From sequence record SRR31156797_12445: 38,895 bases of DNA. The stretch is one strand, 5' to 3'. Each line of letters begins with the position of its first letter. Within the stretch, counting starts at the first letter, position 1. The notes under the pieces were generated by a model, which did not search any database, was not told where the DNA came from, and saw only the letters and a list, made by a program, of their open reading frames with translations. A program made the position numbers and the translations under genes. This document shows, one piece after another, positions 37,353 through 38,895 of the stretch.

Positions 37353-37691
37353 CGTAGACGGTTGTTGCATTCTCCTCCTTAAATTACATGTGTTTCCTGC
37401 GAATTTTGGGCAATTGGTCTTGCCTACTTCCTTGGCTGTGGTCGCCAATGTTCTAATAGTGGTTGCGCAGGTAATCGTTCCCCTCCCGATTTACTAGCCC
37501 TGGCGGGTGCTGCAGGAAAAGATGAGAGAACAGGGTTGAAATTAGTAAATTCTTGTGAGGCAGAGTATTGCTTGAGGTGCTGAGCAAAAGTGGCCAACCG
37601 TTTGGTTCTGTAGTATCTTTAATGGCTGAGAAGGGTTGGTTTAGCTTCATTGTAGGCAGTGACCTTCAACTATTACTTGGAACATTTATTT

Positions 37692-38483
37692 ATGAGTATC
37701 CCTAGAGACACCCTGAAAAATGACAGGAGATTTGTGGCCGCACTTGCTCGTGGTCTTGATGTATTGAGTTGCTTTCACCCAGAGGAAGGTGAGCTTGGGA
37801 ATCGAGAACTGGCCGATAGGACTGGTCTGCCGAAAACGACCATCTCTAGATTAACCTTTACGTTGACCCAATTAGGGTATCTTACCCAGTCTCAGGAGAG
37901 TGAAAAATTTACCCATGGCCCAGCCCTTATTAATCTTGGATATGCTCAATTATCCAGGATGGAAGCCAGGCGTCTTGCACGACCAATGATGCAGGCGTTA
38001 GCTGAGTACTCTCAGGGATCAGTGAACTTTGCAGTGCCAAATGGCCTGTTTTTGGTCTATATCGATACCTATAGGACTTCTTCCACCATAAACCTGCAAT
38101 TGGAAGTTGGGTCTCAGATTCCACTTGCTAGAACCGCGATGGGGCGAGCCTACCTCAGTTCGATTTCTGAGGAACGGAGGGGGGAACTTTTTGCGCGTAT
38201 TCAAGAGGCAGAGGGAGACCGTTGGGATGAAGTGAAGAAAGGGCTGAAAACTGCTATGGGGGAATTAAATCAACGAGGGTTTTGTCTCTCGTTGGGCGAT
38301 TGGCGGAAAGAAACACAATCGGTGGCCGTGCCCCTGTCGGTTGGTGAGTCCGATGCAGGTATTACTGTATTCAGTTGTGGGGGGCCATCGTTTCTTTTCA
38401 CTAAGGAGAAACTGGAAACTGACTTGGGGCCTCGTTTACTTAATCTTGTGAGTAATGTCGAGACAGCTATGAAGGCATTGTAG
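37692..38483 (+). CDS. IclR family transcriptional regulator
   Basis: FVAALARGLDVL, ELADRTGLPKTTISRLTFTL..LGYL, TAMGRAYL, SVAVP. Confidence 0.93.
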   Translation: MSIPRDTLKNDRRFVAALARGLDVLSCFHPEEGELGNRELADRTGLPKTTISRLTFTLTQLGYLTQSQESEKFTHGPALINLGYAQLSRMEARRLARPMMQALAEYSQGSVNFAVPNGLFLVYIDTYRTSSTINLQLEVGSQIPLARTAMGRAYLSSISEERRGELFARIQEAEGDRWDEVKKGLKTAMGELNQRGFCLSLGDWRKETQSVAVPLSVGESDAGITVFSCGGPSFLFTKEKLETDLGPRLLNLVSNVETAMKAL

Positions 38484-38546
38484 TAAGTGCAATGTTTTTT
38501 GGAGTGAATGGTTGCTATGGAAGTTGTTTGGGTGAAGATGCATTGC

Positions 38547-38577
38547 AAGCGACCCCACCACAGGGATGGGGTCGCTT
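38547..38577. terminator. Stem-loop between convergent genes
   Basis: AAGCGACCCCA...TGGGGTCGCTT perfect 11-bp stem. Confidence 0.65.
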
Positions 38578-38590
38578 AGAAAGGAATACG

Positions 38591-38811
38591 TTAACAATTA
38601 TTATACATTTTGATTATTTGTCCGGTTCCTTTGCCCATGGCACTTTTAACATACCCATTGACTACTTTTTTCATTGGAATGGGGTTATCCCCAGGGAAGT
38701 AGGCTTCATATTTATATACTGCATCTTCTACGAGTCCTGCGGAGACAACATTGATTCTTTGATTGTTTTCCAGTTCCATTGATACGGCTTTAACAAAACT
38801 GTGAATCCTGC
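38591..38811 (-). pseudogene. C-terminal fragment of a short-chain dehydrogenase
   Basis: IHSFVKAVSMEL...RINVVSAGLVED...YFPG..PIPMKKVVNGYVKS..G..TGQII; the upstream part to the window edge does not look like an intact SDR. Confidence 0.6.
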
Positions 38812-38895
38812 ATATTCCAGGTGAAACAAAAGATAAGAAAGGGCACCTGTCGGCCAAGATGAGAGTCAGTGCTGTCTCATAGTTTAGCCCCAGAA

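Noticed and set aside
37-38895. attR direct repeat of the tRNA 3' end
   Set aside because: No convincing second copy of TTCGGCACCA found by eye; only short GGCACCA matches inside genes
1-38895. CRISPR array, rRNA or IS transposase
   Set aside because: No regularly spaced repeats, rRNA-like sequence or transposase motifs seen

Overview
Bacterial chromosomal window. Gene content and style suggest an anaerobic Desulfobacterota/Desulfobulbales-like organism (inference only). It opens at the 3' end of a tRNA-Leu, followed by an intact tyrosine integrase and a decaying integrative conjugative/mobilisable element (about 40-7390). That element carries Fic/DUF4172, HU, a DUF1845/AcaB-like protein, a membrane protein, a frameshifted HD-domain (MobH-like) gene, a frameshifted TraD/VirD4-type coupling ATPase and a 5'-truncated NusA-like gene fused back-to-back to a truncated XRE-HTH gene. 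Most of the rest is an amino-acid catabolic region pointing to pipecolate/lysine chemistry: an ALDH7/P6C-dehydrogenase-like gene with LysR, a sigma54-driven CoA-transferase + NhaC-family transporter operon, a HypD-like glycyl radical enzyme (frameshifted) with its activase and GntR, a pipecolate-oxidase-like flavoprotein with an NSS transporter (nonsense codon), and a sigma54 activator driving aor-moaD-gltA. A double-length uvrA-like gene and several gene remnants (gdhA, phzF, SDR) interrupt it. Shared cis-elements tie the scattered catabolic genes together: a repeated GntR-type palindrome and two identically built sigma54 promoters. The best candidate new system is an anaerobic (hydroxy)pipecolate pathway using a HypD-like radical dehydratase. 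The second is an element-borne NusA paralogue. Family assignments rest on motif recognition from memory, not database searches.
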